A stretch of DNA of 44,222 nt from an uncultured bacterium (GTDB lineage Bacteria > Abyssobacteria > SURF-5). The notes beneath the pieces are model-generated. The model made no database searches, was not told the origin of the DNA, and was given only the letters and a program-made list of their open reading frames with translations. The stretch is taken from positions 1 through 44,222 of the forward strand of contig CAZSKP010000037.1 in the NCBI GenBank assembly GCA_964607485.1, read 5' to 3'. A program made the position numbers and the translations under genes. Below, piece after piece: positions 8,875 to 18,268 of the stretch (the first letter of the stretch is position 1; every line of letters begins with the position of its first letter).

Positions 8875-10308
8875 ATGTCAACCGAAGCATCCCGTGAACT
8901 GGACAAGCTCTTCTATCCTGAGACGGTTGCCGTCGTGGGCGCGTCGCCCGACGGCGACCCGTTCCGCTGGGGCGGAAAGACATTCATCGAGGGTCTCGTC
9001 AGACAGAACTTCCGCGGCAGGGTGTGTCCGGTGCATCCGAAGGCCGAGACCGTTCTCGGCTTCAAGGTGCACAGGAGCGTCCGCGAAATCCCCGGCAACG
9101 TCGATCTGGCCATATTCAGCGTGCCCGCCTCCGCGGTGGTCGGCGTGATGCGGGATTGTGTCGAGAAGCGCGTAAAATTCGCCCACATCTTCACCGCCGG
9201 TTTCAGCGAGACCGGACTTGAAGAGAGGGTTCAGATCGAAAGGGAGTTGGTGCAAGTGGCCCGCAAGGGCGGCGTGAGGGTCGTCGGGCCCAACTGCATG
9301 GGCGTCTATTGCCCCGACGCGGGAGTCGCGTGGGTGAAGGATTTCCCCACCGAGAGCGGGCCCGTCGGCTTCGTTTCGCAGAGCGGCCAACTGGCGGGGC
9401 AGTTCATCGAGGCGGGCGGGCCGAGGGGAATCAGGTTCAGCAAGGTCATCAGCTTCGGCAACGCCAGCGACCTGCAGTGCCACGAGTTTCTGCAGTATCT
9501 TGCCGACGACGACAAGACACAGATCATCGGGGCCTACATCGAAGGATTGAAGGAAGGGCGCCCCTTTTTCGAAATCGCCAGGAGCCTCACGCTGAGAAAG
9601 CCGCTGGTTGTGTGGAAAGGCGGACAGACCGAAGGCGGCTCGAGAGCGGTCAGCTCACACACGGCCGCGATAGCCGGCTCGGAACGGATCTGGCAGGCCC
9701 TGTGCAAACAGACGGGGATAATACCGGTCGATTCAATCAAGGGGCTGGTTTCCACCGTCGCCGCGCTGCAGAATCTGACGCTGCCCCGGAGCCCCAACGT
9801 CGCAATCGTGGGAGGAGCCGGAGGCGGGAGCGTCACGATGACCGATGCGGCGGAGAGGGCGGGTCTCAGGGTGCCTCACCTTTCCGAAGCGACCGTTCGC
9901 GGGCTGGGCGAGTTCGTCCCGGTGCACGGCCAGAGCGTGAAGAATCCGCTCGACATATTCAGCGTGCTCGTCAATCCCGAGCACTTCAAGAAGATGATCG
10001 AGCTCCTGCGGGACGACCCGCACATAGACGCGCTCATTTACTCCCAGCGGGTGGAGTGGGCCCTCAGAAGGGAGGCGGTGTTCCTCGATATGGTTTTTCA
10101 GATGACCGTCGAGGGCGCGCAGGCCCTGGAGAAGCCGCTGTTCCTGGTGCTGCCCGACACGAACTCTCTCGAGGGCGAGGTGCTCAGGCAGCAGACGCAG
10201 GAGAGATATCGCAGCGCAGGCATCGCAACCTTTCCGGCCTTCGACGAAGCCGCCCGCGCGGCATATCGGCTGAGCGAATACCACAGGTACCTTTCATCAA
10301 GGAGCTGA
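8875..10308 (+). CDS. Acyl-CoA synthetase (NDP-forming) alpha-type / CoA-binding protein, paralog 2
   Basis: VAVVGAS, TAGFSE, VVGPNCMG, SQSGQ, YIEG, KGG...SHTAAI, NPLD. Start is either 8863 (GTG) or 8875 (ATG). Confidence 0.9.
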   Translation: MSTEASRELDKLFYPETVAVVGASPDGDPFRWGGKTFIEGLVRQNFRGRVCPVHPKAETVLGFKVHRSVREIPGNVDLAIFSVPASAVVGVMRDCVEKRVKFAHIFTAGFSETGLEERVQIERELVQVARKGGVRVVGPNCMGVYCPDAGVAWVKDFPTESGPVGFVSQSGQLAGQFIEAGGPRGIRFSKVISFGNASDLQCHEFLQYLADDDKTQIIGAYIEGLKEGRPFFEIARSLTLRKPLVVWKGGQTEGGSRAVSSHTAAIAGSERIWQALCKQTGIIPVDSIKGLVSTVAALQNLTLPRSPNVAIVGGAGGGSVTMTDAAERAGLRVPHLSEATVRGLGEFVPVHGQSVKNPLDIFSVLVNPEHFKKMIELLRDDPHIDALIYSQRVEWALRREAVFLDMVFQMTVEGAQALEKPLFLVLPDTNSLEGEVLRQQTQERYRSAGIATFPAFDEAARAAYRLSEYHRYLSSRS

Positions 10309-10345
10309 GAGGAAATGGCCGGAGCCTGGCGGACGATGGAACCCG

Positions 10346-13300
10346 TCAGGAGCCGACTCTCGTGTCGAGGGTTGTTCTCACCTTGGAGAGCAGCGTGTTG
10401 CCCTGATACGGTTTCTGAATGAACCCCATGACCCCGCTCTTCAGGATTTCCTGCGCCTTGCCGTCCTCGCTGTAGCCGGTGCAGAGGAGCGCTTTGACGC
10501 CCGGATTGTGCGTTCTCAGTCTCAGGAAGGTTTCGTGGCCGCCCATTCTCGGCATGACCATGTCCAGAAGCACGAGGTCTATGTCGCCGTCGTGCTCCTT
10601 ATAGACGCTGACGGCCTCGGCTCCGTTTTCGGCTGATAATACGCGATAGCCGTTGCTTTCGAGCACGTCTTTCACAAATGACCGGATGGGTTCCTCGTCG
10701 TCCACCACAAGAATCCATTCGTCCCCGCCAAGCGGCGCGTCGGTCTCCGACGCTTCCTCCGTCTGCGGCTTCTCGCTCACGGGCAGGTAGATCTTGAACG
10801 TTGTGCCGCGGCCCACGTCGCTGTGTACGCGCACAAGGCCCCCGTGATTCTTGACGACACCGTACACCATCGACAGCCCCAGCCCCGTTCCCTTGCCCTC
10901 CTTCTTGGTTGTGAAGAAGGGCTCGAATATCCTTTGCTGAGTTTCTCTATCCATGCCGATTCCTGTGTCGGTCACCGTCAGACAGACATACGAACCCGCC
11001 TGTGCGCCCTTTCGTAGCTTGACATCTTCTTCCGTGAGCGTTTCGATGTCGGTCTCGATGGTCAATTCTCCGCCGGCGGGCATTACATCGCCGGCATTGA
11101 CGCAGAGATTCATGAGCACCTGCAGCAGTTGGCCGCTGTCCGCCTCGACCATCGGGAGCCGCGGATGCAGGTGGGTTCGGATTTCAATCGATTTGTCGAA
11201 CGTCCTGGCGATCATCCGGATGGTCTCGTCGACGATTTTGTTCACGTTCACGGAGCTGACATTGTACTTTCCACCCCGGGCGAATGCAAGAAGCTGAGAG
11301 GTGAGTTCGGCGGCCCGGATGGAGCTTCTTTCAATCGTATCGACGTATCTGAAGAAGGGATGACCTTCTTCCATCTTCGTCTTCATGAAAGAGGCATAAC
11401 CGAGTATTCCTCCGAGTATATTGTTGAAGTCATGCGCGATCCCGCCTGCAAGCGTGCCGACGCTTTCCATTTTCTGAGCCTGGAGCAACTGCTGCTCGAG
11501 GCGTTTCTTCTCGGTGATATCCCTCATGATTCCTCTGTATGTCAACATCCTGCCGCTATCGTCTTTCACGGCGTTGGCTGTTACGAGCACAGTCACCGGT
11601 TGACCGTCTCTCTTCTTGAAGGCCAATTCGTAATCTTTTACAAATCCCTGTTGAACGATGGCCATCTGAAACGCGTCGCGGTCGTTGGGGTCTAAGTAGA
11701 GGTCCCGGACGATATCGATTCTCAGAAGCTCTTCTTTGGAAGAATATCCGAACAGCTCGACTCCGGCGGGATTAATGTCGAGCAATTTGCCGTCGGGCGT
11801 GCTGATGTAGATGACATCCTTCGATTCCTCGAACAGAGTGCGGTACTTCTTCTCGGATTCCCTGAGTTGTTCCTCCGCCTTGACTCTCTCTCCGATGTCA
11901 CGAGCGACGCCCCGAAAGCCGACCGGCTCGCCCCCCGAATCGCGCAAAAGCGATACGCTATACTCCCGGGGCGCTTTCGTCCCGTCTCTCTTCACAATCA
12001 TCGAGACGAACCCCTTGTTCGGCTCGCCGGTCCTGTATACTTCATTGAAGACCCGATACATTATCTTCGCATTTTCTTCATCGATGTACCGTTTGTAGTT
12101 CAAACCCAAAAGCTCTGTCGGTGAGTAGCCCAGGCCCCGCCGGACCGCGTCGTTGAAGAAAGTGATGTTTCCGGCGAGGTCGGTCTCAAAGAACGACACC
12201 TCGACGCTGTCGAGAAGCGTGCTGTATCTCTCCTCCGACGCCCGAAGCTCCTGTTCGGCAAGCTTGCGTTCGGTAATGTTGTGGGCGAAGGCGCAGTTGT
12301 ATTCCTCACCCTCGAACTGCAGGAAATTGACTGTCATCTCCACCGGAAACATTCGGCCGTCCTTCGTAAGGTGATGAGACTCGAAGCTGAACGAGCCGCG
12401 TTCTTTGAGATCTCTCCAGTGACCCGGCCATGCCTCGGCCGGCATATCGGGGTCGATGTCGGGGACGGTCATCGTGAGCAACTCTTCCCGCGAGTAGCCC
12501 AGCGAACGACAGGCGGCGTCGTTCACGTATATGAACCGTGCGTCTCGTCCCACCCAGAAAGCCGGATCGGCGCTATGATCGACCGAAAACTGGGTGAAGC
12601 GCAGCGCCTTCTCCGCCCGTGTTCGCTCAGTGAGATCGCGTATCACACCGAGATAAGAATCAGGATTGCCTTCGTTGTCATAGATGACAGATCCGTTTAT
12701 TTCCGCTTCGATGTACGACCCATCGGCCTTTCGGAGTCGAAACGGGAAATTAGGATCGCGTTGGCCGCTTTCAATTCTTTCCTGGAGTTTCTTCGTCACT
12801 CGTACTTGCTCATCCGGGTGAATGAGCTCAAGAAAAGATCTCTTCCCAAGAACGTCTTCTCGCTTATAACCGAGAATTTCCTCGCCGTAACTGTTCGCGC
12901 TGGAGATCGTGCCCGTTTTCAAGTCGATCGTGACGATGATATCTCTCGCTTCTTCGACCAGTGTTCGATACCGCTGCTCGGATTCCTTCAATTTTTCCTC
13001 GGCGAGCTTGTGTTCTGAAATATCGATTATATTCAGCAATATCGCCGGTCTTCCTTGATACTCCACCACCGTCCCGAATGTCTCGATCCAAAGGGTATCT
13101 CCGTTCTTCGTAACCACCCGATAATTATAGTGTCCCGTTGGATCCTGTCCCGACAATCGTCGTGCCGCTGCTTCTTGGGCGAGATCCCTGTCATCGGGAT
13201 GTACCAGCTCCAGGGAGGATTTTCCCAAAAGTTCTTCACGCCCGTAACCCGACATCTCGACAAATGTCTTGTTTACGAACCGTATCTTTCCGTCTTGAAC

Positions 13301-13480
13301 GAGGGAAATGGCTGTGAGCGAGGCGTCTGCCAGCTCCTGATAACGACCTTTGATACCCCGTGAAGCCTCTTCGGCCTGCCTTCGGCAGTGCTTTTCGGTT
13401 TCCTCCAGCTCCGACAGCCGCCTGCGCAGTGACTCAAGTTCGCATATCAGCTCGGCCTTGGTCTTCTTCTTGTCGGGCAT
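10346..13480 (-). CDS. Cytoplasmic multi-PAS hybrid sensor kinase/response regulator (CckA-like)
   Basis: About five PAS/PAC repeats, AHDFNN H-box, GTGLGL and a C-terminal receiver (VVDDE...LDMVMP...QKP). Confidence 0.95.
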   Translation of the reverse strand: MPDKKKTKAELICELESLRRRLSELEETEKHCRRQAEEASRGIKGRYQELADASLTAISLVQDGKIRFVNKTFVEMSGYGREELLGKSSLELVHPDDRDLAQEAAARRLSGQDPTGHYNYRVVTKNGDTLWIETFGTVVEYQGRPAILLNIIDISEHKLAEEKLKESEQRYRTLVEEARDIIVTIDLKTGTISSANSYGEEILGYKREDVLGKRSFLELIHPDEQVRVTKKLQERIESGQRDPNFPFRLRKADGSYIEAEINGSVIYDNEGNPDSYLGVIRDLTERTRAEKALRFTQFSVDHSADPAFWVGRDARFIYVNDAACRSLGYSREELLTMTVPDIDPDMPAEAWPGHWRDLKERGSFSFESHHLTKDGRMFPVEMTVNFLQFEGEEYNCAFAHNITERKLAEQELRASEERYSTLLDSVEVSFFETDLAGNITFFNDAVRRGLGYSPTELLGLNYKRYIDEENAKIMYRVFNEVYRTGEPNKGFVSMIVKRDGTKAPREYSVSLLRDSGGEPVGFRGVARDIGERVKAEEQLRESEKKYRTLFEESKDVIYISTPDGKLLDINPAGVELFGYSSKEELLRIDIVRDLYLDPNDRDAFQMAIVQQGFVKDYELAFKKRDGQPVTVLVTANAVKDDSGRMLTYRGIMRDITEKKRLEQQLLQAQKMESVGTLAGGIAHDFNNILGGILGYASFMKTKMEEGHPFFRYVDTIERSSIRAAELTSQLLAFARGGKYNVSSVNVNKIVDETIRMIARTFDKSIEIRTHLHPRLPMVEADSGQLLQVLMNLCVNAGDVMPAGGELTIETDIETLTEEDVKLRKGAQAGSYVCLTVTDTGIGMDRETQQRIFEPFFTTKKEGKGTGLGLSMVYGVVKNHGGLVRVHSDVGRGTTFKIYLPVSEKPQTEEASETDAPLGGDEWILVVDDEEPIRSFVKDVLESNGYRVLSAENGAEAVSVYKEHDGDIDLVLLDMVMPRMGGHETFLRLRTHNPGVKALLCTGYSEDGKAQEILKSGVMGFIQKPYQGNTLLSKVRTTLDTRVGS

Positions 13481-13576
13481 CGGCGTCTCCGGGCAGACAT
13501 GAATCTGCCCACGTCTTTGATGTTCGCAATCCGTGGCTCAAACAGGAGTGCTGAGATAATCCAGCGCAGTTGTCAT

Positions 13577-13593
13577 TGCATTTTCTGTGCCGA
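13577..13593 (-). promoter_or_regulatory. Sigma54 (-24/-12) promoter of the hybrid kinase gene
   Basis: Minus strand reads TCGGCACAGAAAATGCA (GG-N10-GC). An AT-rich tract lies at ~13630-13660 and a TGCACAA/TTGTGCA inverted repeat at 13690-13725 further upstream. Confidence 0.65.
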
Positions 13594-13915
13594 AATTATG
13601 AGCAACCCCGGCCTCTCCTCCTTAAGCTATAACCATTTTTTATTTAATGATTTATGAGAATATCTCAATCGCGCTTCCGCATGGATCCCTGCACAATTTG
13701 GGACGTGACACTATATATTTGTGCATCACAGGCTTCTTCGGCGGCTGTCCACTGCGAGCCGAGAATCCCGCCGCTGTGCTGTTCAATTTGTAGGGGATAA
13801 CTGGTTGCGGGAAGGAATATGACAGAATGTGCCGGGAGCGCTGCTTCGGTGGAAACGCTGTTTCGTGCGGGCCCTCAGCGGTGTTGAAATCGACCTGTCG
13901 TCCAACCGCAAGCGA

Positions 13916-15598
13916 TCACGGCACGAATTCGTAGATCGCCGCCGAATCGTTCCTGAAGATCTCCTTCAAGAACGGCGTTCCGCTCGGATCATACGTGACG
14001 TACGTTCTGCTGCCGCGGGTTCTGAGGAAGACGTACCGAATCCCGTATTCCTCCAATAGAGTATATCGATAGGAATCGCCGATCTCGGCCCGAAAGAAGT
14101 CCCGAAGCATCTCATCCTTTTCCCTGAACAGCACCGTGTTGAAGTGGTATCCGCTGAATACGGTGTCGTGAGTGTACCGCGGGATCTCGTTCCCCACGGG
14201 GTACGAGGACGAAGGCAGCACAATTTCGCGGGGTTCGGAGTGCGCATCGAGCCATGAATATGCGGCGAGAAGTCGCGCGTCGGTGCGGTGCTCCCCGTTG
14301 AGAGTCGCCATGGTGTAATCCTTCATCAGCAGGAGCGAGCTCAACGAATTTACCAGCAGCACTGCGGCGATCCCGACGCCGGCCCACTTGCTGCGTCGCA
14401 CGAGCGAGGTGAGCCACCCTTCCAGGCTCATGACGCCGACGAGTATCGTGGGCATTACTATCGTGCTGCCCATCTGGAGGCTGAACTTCAGCACCGGAAA
14501 GGAATAGAGCAGCGTGAGGCTGGCGAGGAAACAACAGATAATCAGAATCTGCGGGGCCGGCTTCTTCCAGAAGCTCTTGAAATTGCCCAGGCCGCATACG
14601 AGCAGGATGGCGCCGACGCCCAGGATTGCCACGAGGCTCGTCGGCTTCGGCGGCGGCAGAACATTCTGAATGCTCCACCACTGGAAGATCGGATGGATTC
14701 TGAACAACCACACATAGTAGAGCATCAACGGCACGGGCGCCAGCACGACTGCCAGCCTGGGCGCGATTCGCGAATACGAGCGCTCATCCTTTCTCGCCGC
14801 AATGACAATCAACGCATAGAGCCCGACCGCCGCCATCAGGTGGAGGGCGTCGAACGGTCGTATGCCTGCCACAACGACGCCGCAGAGACCGGCCCCGACG
14901 TAATACCTCCACGAGCGGGAATTCTCTGCGTGCAGGAAGAGGCACAGGGCCAGAACCGAAATACACTGCGAGATCAGGAAATGTGGTTGCAAAAAAATCC
15001 AGAAAAATGGCTGAAACCCGGGATACACGTCGCGGAAATAGTGGCTCGGCAGGAAGCGGCCGAGCATCGGTAGATGGAGAATCCAGCCGAAACCTCCTGC
15101 CAACATAGCCATGATGAGCACCAGCCGCCGCATCAGAACCGTCGTGAACAGGAAGGAGGTCAGCCAGTAGAAGGCGAGGCAGAATGCAAAGGCCGAGACG
15201 ACTCGCTCCACCTGGGCCGCTGCCTCCAACGACATGCCCGTGATGGCTGCGAGCTTGCCGAAAACAAGCCATTCGAGATTGAAGAACACAGCCCCGTGCG
15301 GCTCCGGAGTGAATGGATTGTAGAACAGCCATTGCCCCGCCGCCGATTGTCTCATGAATGCGAAATAGGCGTTGAAATCGGCGTCGTACACAAGGTTGCC
15401 GTTGAACTCCGATTGCGGAAAAGCGGCGAAGTGTCCGACAAGGTAGGGGATGCTCGTGACCAAAACCAGCGCCAGGGCGAACAGAGCCACAAACCTCATC
15501 TCCTTGGCTGTTATCATCGGTTCTATTCGCGACTCCGCAATCGCCCCGGAAAGAGCTCTCAAGCTCGGATGTTGCGCGCCATTATATATGTATTTCAC
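13916..15598 (-). CDS. Polytopic membrane protein, probably GT-C-fold glycosyltransferase-like
   Basis: About 12-13 hydrophobic segments, YDAD...NPFTPEPH in the first loop, and a C-terminal soluble domain (YSWLDAH...YGIRYVF). The true start may be ATG 15517. Confidence 0.6.
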   Translation of the reverse strand: MKYIYNGAQHPSLRALSGAIAESRIEPMITAKEMRFVALFALALVLVTSIPYLVGHFAAFPQSEFNGNLVYDADFNAYFAFMRQSAAGQWLFYNPFTPEPHGAVFFNLEWLVFGKLAAITGMSLEAAAQVERVVSAFAFCLAFYWLTSFLFTTVLMRRLVLIMAMLAGGFGWILHLPMLGRFLPSHYFRDVYPGFQPFFWIFLQPHFLISQCISVLALCLFLHAENSRSWRYYVGAGLCGVVVAGIRPFDALHLMAAVGLYALIVIAARKDERSYSRIAPRLAVVLAPVPLMLYYVWLFRIHPIFQWWSIQNVLPPPKPTSLVAILGVGAILLVCGLGNFKSFWKKPAPQILIICCFLASLTLLYSFPVLKFSLQMGSTIVMPTILVGVMSLEGWLTSLVRRSKWAGVGIAAVLLVNSLSSLLLMKDYTMATLNGEHRTDARLLAAYSWLDAHSEPREIVLPSSSYPVGNEIPRYTHDTVFSGYHFNTVLFREKDEMLRDFFRAEIGDSYRYTLLEEYGIRYVFLRTRGSRTYVTYDPSGTPFLKEIFRNDSAAIYEFVP

Positions 15599-15814
15599 GG
15601 ACTATTCAAGGGGTGAGAATCTGAAGAGGAAAGGCCCGTCGTTCTCAAGTTCCTCTCTGGCCGGCACGCATGGCACTGTTCCATTATCAAACAGTTTGGT
15701 CGGCCCGTCTCTTGATTGCGGGCAAAAATTGCGTTATAATTGAGTGAAATGGCGGCTCTTCTCCCCGAGGGGCCGTCGTTCCACGCAAATCGACCAAGTG
15801 GAGAGGGTATATTC

Positions 15815-17230
15815 GTGGCGCTGATACTGCTCGCCGAAAAGGACCCGAAGCTCTGCTCGACTTTGAAGCAGGAGCTTGGCCGCGCCGGGCATGAGACAAC
15901 CACCGCGCTAAGCCAGGAGGAGGCGCTCCGCCTGCTTCCCGCCCGAAACTACGAGGTCGTCATCCTCGACATGGACGTCCTGCGCGAGGGCGACCTCGAC
16001 CTCATAAGCTATGTGAAACAGGCGCAGCCGATGGGCGAGATTCTGATAACGACGCGTATCGAAGACACGGAGAAGGCCGTAAAGGCCCTCCGACGAGGGG
16101 CTTACATGTATTTCGTCAAGCCCATCGACGTGAGCGACTTGCTATACGGCATCGACAGCGCGCTGAAGAATCTCGAACGGTCCATGGCGTTCCGCGAGTA
16201 CGAGCGCTCGGCATTCATAGACATGATGGGCGACAGCCCCATGATTCGGAAGATGATCACGCTCGCGACCAAGGTCGCGCCAACCGACAGCACCGTGCTT
16301 CTGCTGGGCGAGAGCGGCACCGGCAAGGAGATAATCGCCGAGTACATTCATCGCATGAGCAACAGGTACGACAAGCCGTTTCTGGCCATCAACTGCAGCG
16401 CGCTTCCCGAGACTCTTCTCGAGAGCGAGCTGTTCGGCTACGTGAGGGGTGCGTTCACCGGCGCGACCGGCGACCGCAAGGGTCTCTTCGAGGAAGGCAA
16501 CAGCGGCACGATTTTTCTCGACGAGGTGGGCGACATACCGCTCCTGACGCAGGTGAAGCTGCTGCGAGTGCTCGAAAACCGCGAGCTGCGCCGGCTGGGC
16601 GAAAACAAGATCATCAAGGTCAACGTGCGCATCATTGCCGCCACGAACCAGGACCTCGCCGCCGCCATCGAGGAGAAACGATTCCGCGAAGACCTGTTCT
16701 TCCGCCTGAACGTCATACAGATAAAGATACCGCCGCTGCGCGAGCGGATGGATTCGCTCCCGTCGCTCATCCGCTATTTCATCTCGAAATTCGACCGGCA
16801 GTTCAACCGAAGCATCCGCGAGATCGACCGGCAGGCGCAGTTCATCCTCGCAAATTACGACTACCCCGGCAACGTCCGCGAGCTGGAGAACATCATCGAG
16901 CATGCCGTCATCATGGCCGACGACGACGTCATTCGCGCCCAAAACCTGCCCGACTACCTGCAGACGATAAAGAAACCCATGCTCGCCCTGCCCAAGGGCA
17001 TAGAAGAGGCGCTCGCCGCCGGCGCGCACGACGCCGAGACCGGCTCGCCCCAGTTCATCACGCTCGCGGAGATGGAGAAACAGCTGATAAGCGAAACGCT
17101 CGTCAAATGCGACGGCAACCAGACCGCCGCGGCCGAGAAGCTGGGCATCTCGCGCTCCACCCTCTGGCGCAAAATGAAGGAATACAAGATACGAACCACC
17201 TTCACCCCCGAAGAAGTACCGACACCTTGA
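15815..17230 (+). CDS. Sigma54-dependent transcriptional activator (REC-AAA+-Fis HTH)
   Basis: GESGTGKE, GAFTGA, FLDEVGD, YPGNVRELEN, LGISRSTLWRK. Start placed at GTG 15815 after GGAGAGG; TTGATT-N17-TATAAT lies at 15712-15740. Confidence 0.93.
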   Translation: MALILLAEKDPKLCSTLKQELGRAGHETTTALSQEEALRLLPARNYEVVILDMDVLREGDLDLISYVKQAQPMGEILITTRIEDTEKAVKALRRGAYMYFVKPIDVSDLLYGIDSALKNLERSMAFREYERSAFIDMMGDSPMIRKMITLATKVAPTDSTVLLLGESGTGKEIIAEYIHRMSNRYDKPFLAINCSALPETLLESELFGYVRGAFTGATGDRKGLFEEGNSGTIFLDEVGDIPLLTQVKLLRVLENRELRRLGENKIIKVNVRIIAATNQDLAAAIEEKRFREDLFFRLNVIQIKIPPLRERMDSLPSLIRYFISKFDRQFNRSIREIDRQAQFILANYDYPGNVRELENIIEHAVIMADDDVIRAQNLPDYLQTIKKPMLALPKGIEEALAAGAHDAETGSPQFITLAEMEKQLISETLVKCDGNQTAAAEKLGISRSTLWRKMKEYKIRTTFTPEEVPTP

Positions 17231-17284
17231 ACCACCCCGCGCAGGAAAAGTTGATTCCTACGGAGAAAATGGAGGGCAGTTACA

Positions 17285-17914
17285 ATGACGCAGGCGACCA
17301 AGTCAACCGCGGCGGCGTGTTCGAGCGAAAGCTGTGACGGGTGCGAAATCGAAGGCAAGCTGCTGTGCGTGCATACGCGAAAAGATCTGATAGACTTCGG
17401 TGTTCTCTTCATTGCCTGGGCGATTCCGTTCGTTGCCGGAATGGCAATAGGCGGGTTCTGGCTCGGGCTGGCCGTCTGGGCGGGTTTGGCGATAGTGTTC
17501 TTCGGATATGTCGAGGCGCTGATTCTGTGCCGCCATTGCCCACACTATGCCGAGGAAGGAGCTACGCTAAAGTGTCACGCGAATTGGGGACTGCCCAAGT
17601 TTCCACGCTTCAATCCGCGACCGAGTGACAGAATCGAGAAGACGATCTGGCTTCTGTATGTCGCCGTGCTCTTTCTCTACTACATCCCCTTCTTCGTCGT
17701 CAGCCGGCAATGGCTGCTTCTGGCAATCACTACGTCGGCGTTAATCGCCTGGGTCTGGACGGTGCAACGAACACAGTGCACGCGCTGCTACAATTTCTCC
17801 TGTGCGGTAAACCGCGTGCCCGATGCCGTGAGAAAGAGTTTCTTCAAACACTATCCCGAATTCGCCAAAGCCTGGAAACAACCCCCGCCCACGAATCACA
17901 CCAATTCCCCGTAG
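17285..17914 (+). CDS. Uncharacterised four-TM membrane protein with Cys/His clusters
   Basis: CxxxxCxxC...C, CRHCPHY...CH and CTRCYNFSC motifs flank four hydrophobic helices; GGAGG lies upstream. Confidence 0.75.
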   Translation: MTQATKSTAAACSSESCDGCEIEGKLLCVHTRKDLIDFGVLFIAWAIPFVAGMAIGGFWLGLAVWAGLAIVFFGYVEALILCRHCPHYAEEGATLKCHANWGLPKFPRFNPRPSDRIEKTIWLLYVAVLFLYYIPFFVVSRQWLLLAITTSALIAWVWTVQRTQCTRCYNFSCAVNRVPDAVRKSFFKHYPEFAKAWKQPPPTNHTNSP

Positions 17915-17934
17915 GGGCGCACGGCCGTGCGCCC
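17911..17934. repeat. GTAG-tagged REP palindrome
   Basis: GTAG followed by the perfect 20-bp palindrome GGGCGCACGGCCGTGCGCCC. Its TAG supplies the stop codon of the upstream gene. Confidence 0.8.
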
Positions 17935-18268
17935 GCAACAACCTTCACTGCAAAGCCTGCCCTCGACAACGATCGAGGAACACAAAGACCGCAAAGCACC
18001 AAACGGGACACCTAAGGAACACGCGATAACGGCCTCTCCACAGCCTCTCTTCCCGCTTGACTTAGTTGAATGATAGTAGTATCTTGGAATCATCAAGAAC
18101 AATCCGATTTCATATTTCAATGTCCTATTTCCATGCAGAAGATTTGGGTGGACATCAGGTCTTTGAATAGCTCCGGAGGCCAAACAATCAGGTTTAAGTG
18201 GAAGGCGAGAATGTGTTAAGGCAAGATAAGGGCCTCGATTTTGTAGAATTATCCGAGATCGAGTCAGC

